DNA of 62,740 bases, the filler included, from Sphacelaria rigidula (lineage: Eukaryota), in NCBI GenBank assembly GCA_964200075.2. It is 11 parts of 11 records of this genome, joined end to end, with 100 filler letters (N's around TTAATTAATTAA, not from the genome) between each part and the next. Parts side by side here need not be neighbours in the genome. Positions count along the whole stretch, not along the records: positions 57,129 to 62,740 come from CAXNAA020025865.1; 10 more parts are not named here. The stretch is one strand, 5' to 3'. Below the pieces are notes generated by a model. It had not been told where the DNA came from and ran no database searches. It saw only the letters and a list, made by a program, of their open reading frames with translations. Both the position numbers and the translations under genes were made by a program. Of this stretch, positions 62,262-62,740 are shown in pieces (the first letter of the stretch is position 1; each line of letters starts with the position of its first letter).

Positions 62262-62512
62262 GGTTCGAATCACCAAATCCACGATTTTTCAAGCCTGATT
62301 GCTCGAAAGAGAGAAGAAAGGTGACCGCTGGTCAACAAGGTATCCACGCAACTTTTGCGCCATTCCACATGCCTGGGCTGTGCGCGCCTGGGTTGCAACG
62401 CTGAAAACGAAGCTTGAGGGTTGGTTTGTATGGAACGGATCAAATACACTAGAAAAAAGTAATTTCCAGACGAAACATTCATTCGTCCGACCGTTGGAAT
62501 GGTATTCGACCC
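62262..62512 (-). repeat. Inverted copy of the 58090-58345 repeat
   Basis: GGTTCGAATCACCAAATCCACGATTT..ATCCACGCAACTTTTGCGC..CCTGGGTTGCAA..TTTCCAGACGA..GTCCGACC. Confidence 0.8.
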
Positions 62513-62677
62513 TTCTTCCTGTGCGCCAATCTAACCAACCTAGAATTAAGTCTAGGAATTCGAACCCTAACCCCGAGCGGAGAAGGAATATCAGCGGGCC
62601 CTTGTCCCTGGCTCTGGGGGGTTCAAGGAACCAAGCGTTGAGTTTTTCATGGCCTTCCCCCTGCCCTGCCCTGCCTT

Positions 62678-62737
<60 letters not shown>

Positions 62738-62740
62738 CCC

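Noticed and set aside
62562..62740. Telomere (CCCTAACCC plus terminal C run)
   Set aside because: Only one CCCTAA unit is present, and the poly-C end is a typical sequencing artefact.

Overview
This is eukaryotic DNA, very probably from a brown alga (Phaeophyceae). It is not one locus. It consists of 11 unrelated contigs of 5613 or 5612 bp, sorted by size and joined by a 100-bp linker (44 N + TTAATTAATTAA + 44 N). Contigs: 1-5613, 5714-11326, 11427-17039, 17140-22752, 22853-28465, 28566-34178, 34279-39891, 39992-45604, 45705-51316, 51417-57028, 57129-62740. Most of the ORF track is noise. Real coding DNA is short GT-AG exons in repeat-filled introns: a secreted beta-rich protein (first exon), the poly(A) polymerase N-terminus, a type I membrane protein C-terminus, a 72-nt ROCO-type LRR exon, two PRP28/DDX23 exons, a mitochondrial-carrier-like orphan, and two vanadium haloperoxidase active-site exons. 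The rest is TE-derived: a Ty3/gypsy integrase, RTE-like and APE-LINE remnants, tRNA-derived SINEs, MITEs and foldbacks, and microsatellites. The best leads are (1) a gypsy integrase carrying a chromodomain plus a second PWWP/Tudor-like domain just past a single in-frame stop, (2) the modular 72-nt LRR exon, (3) haloperoxidase exons enclosed by an inverted repeat pair, (4) a PAP gene whose next exon lacks the catalytic motif, and (5) a pre-miRNA-like hairpin. All family assignments are by-eye motif recognition; no database search was run.
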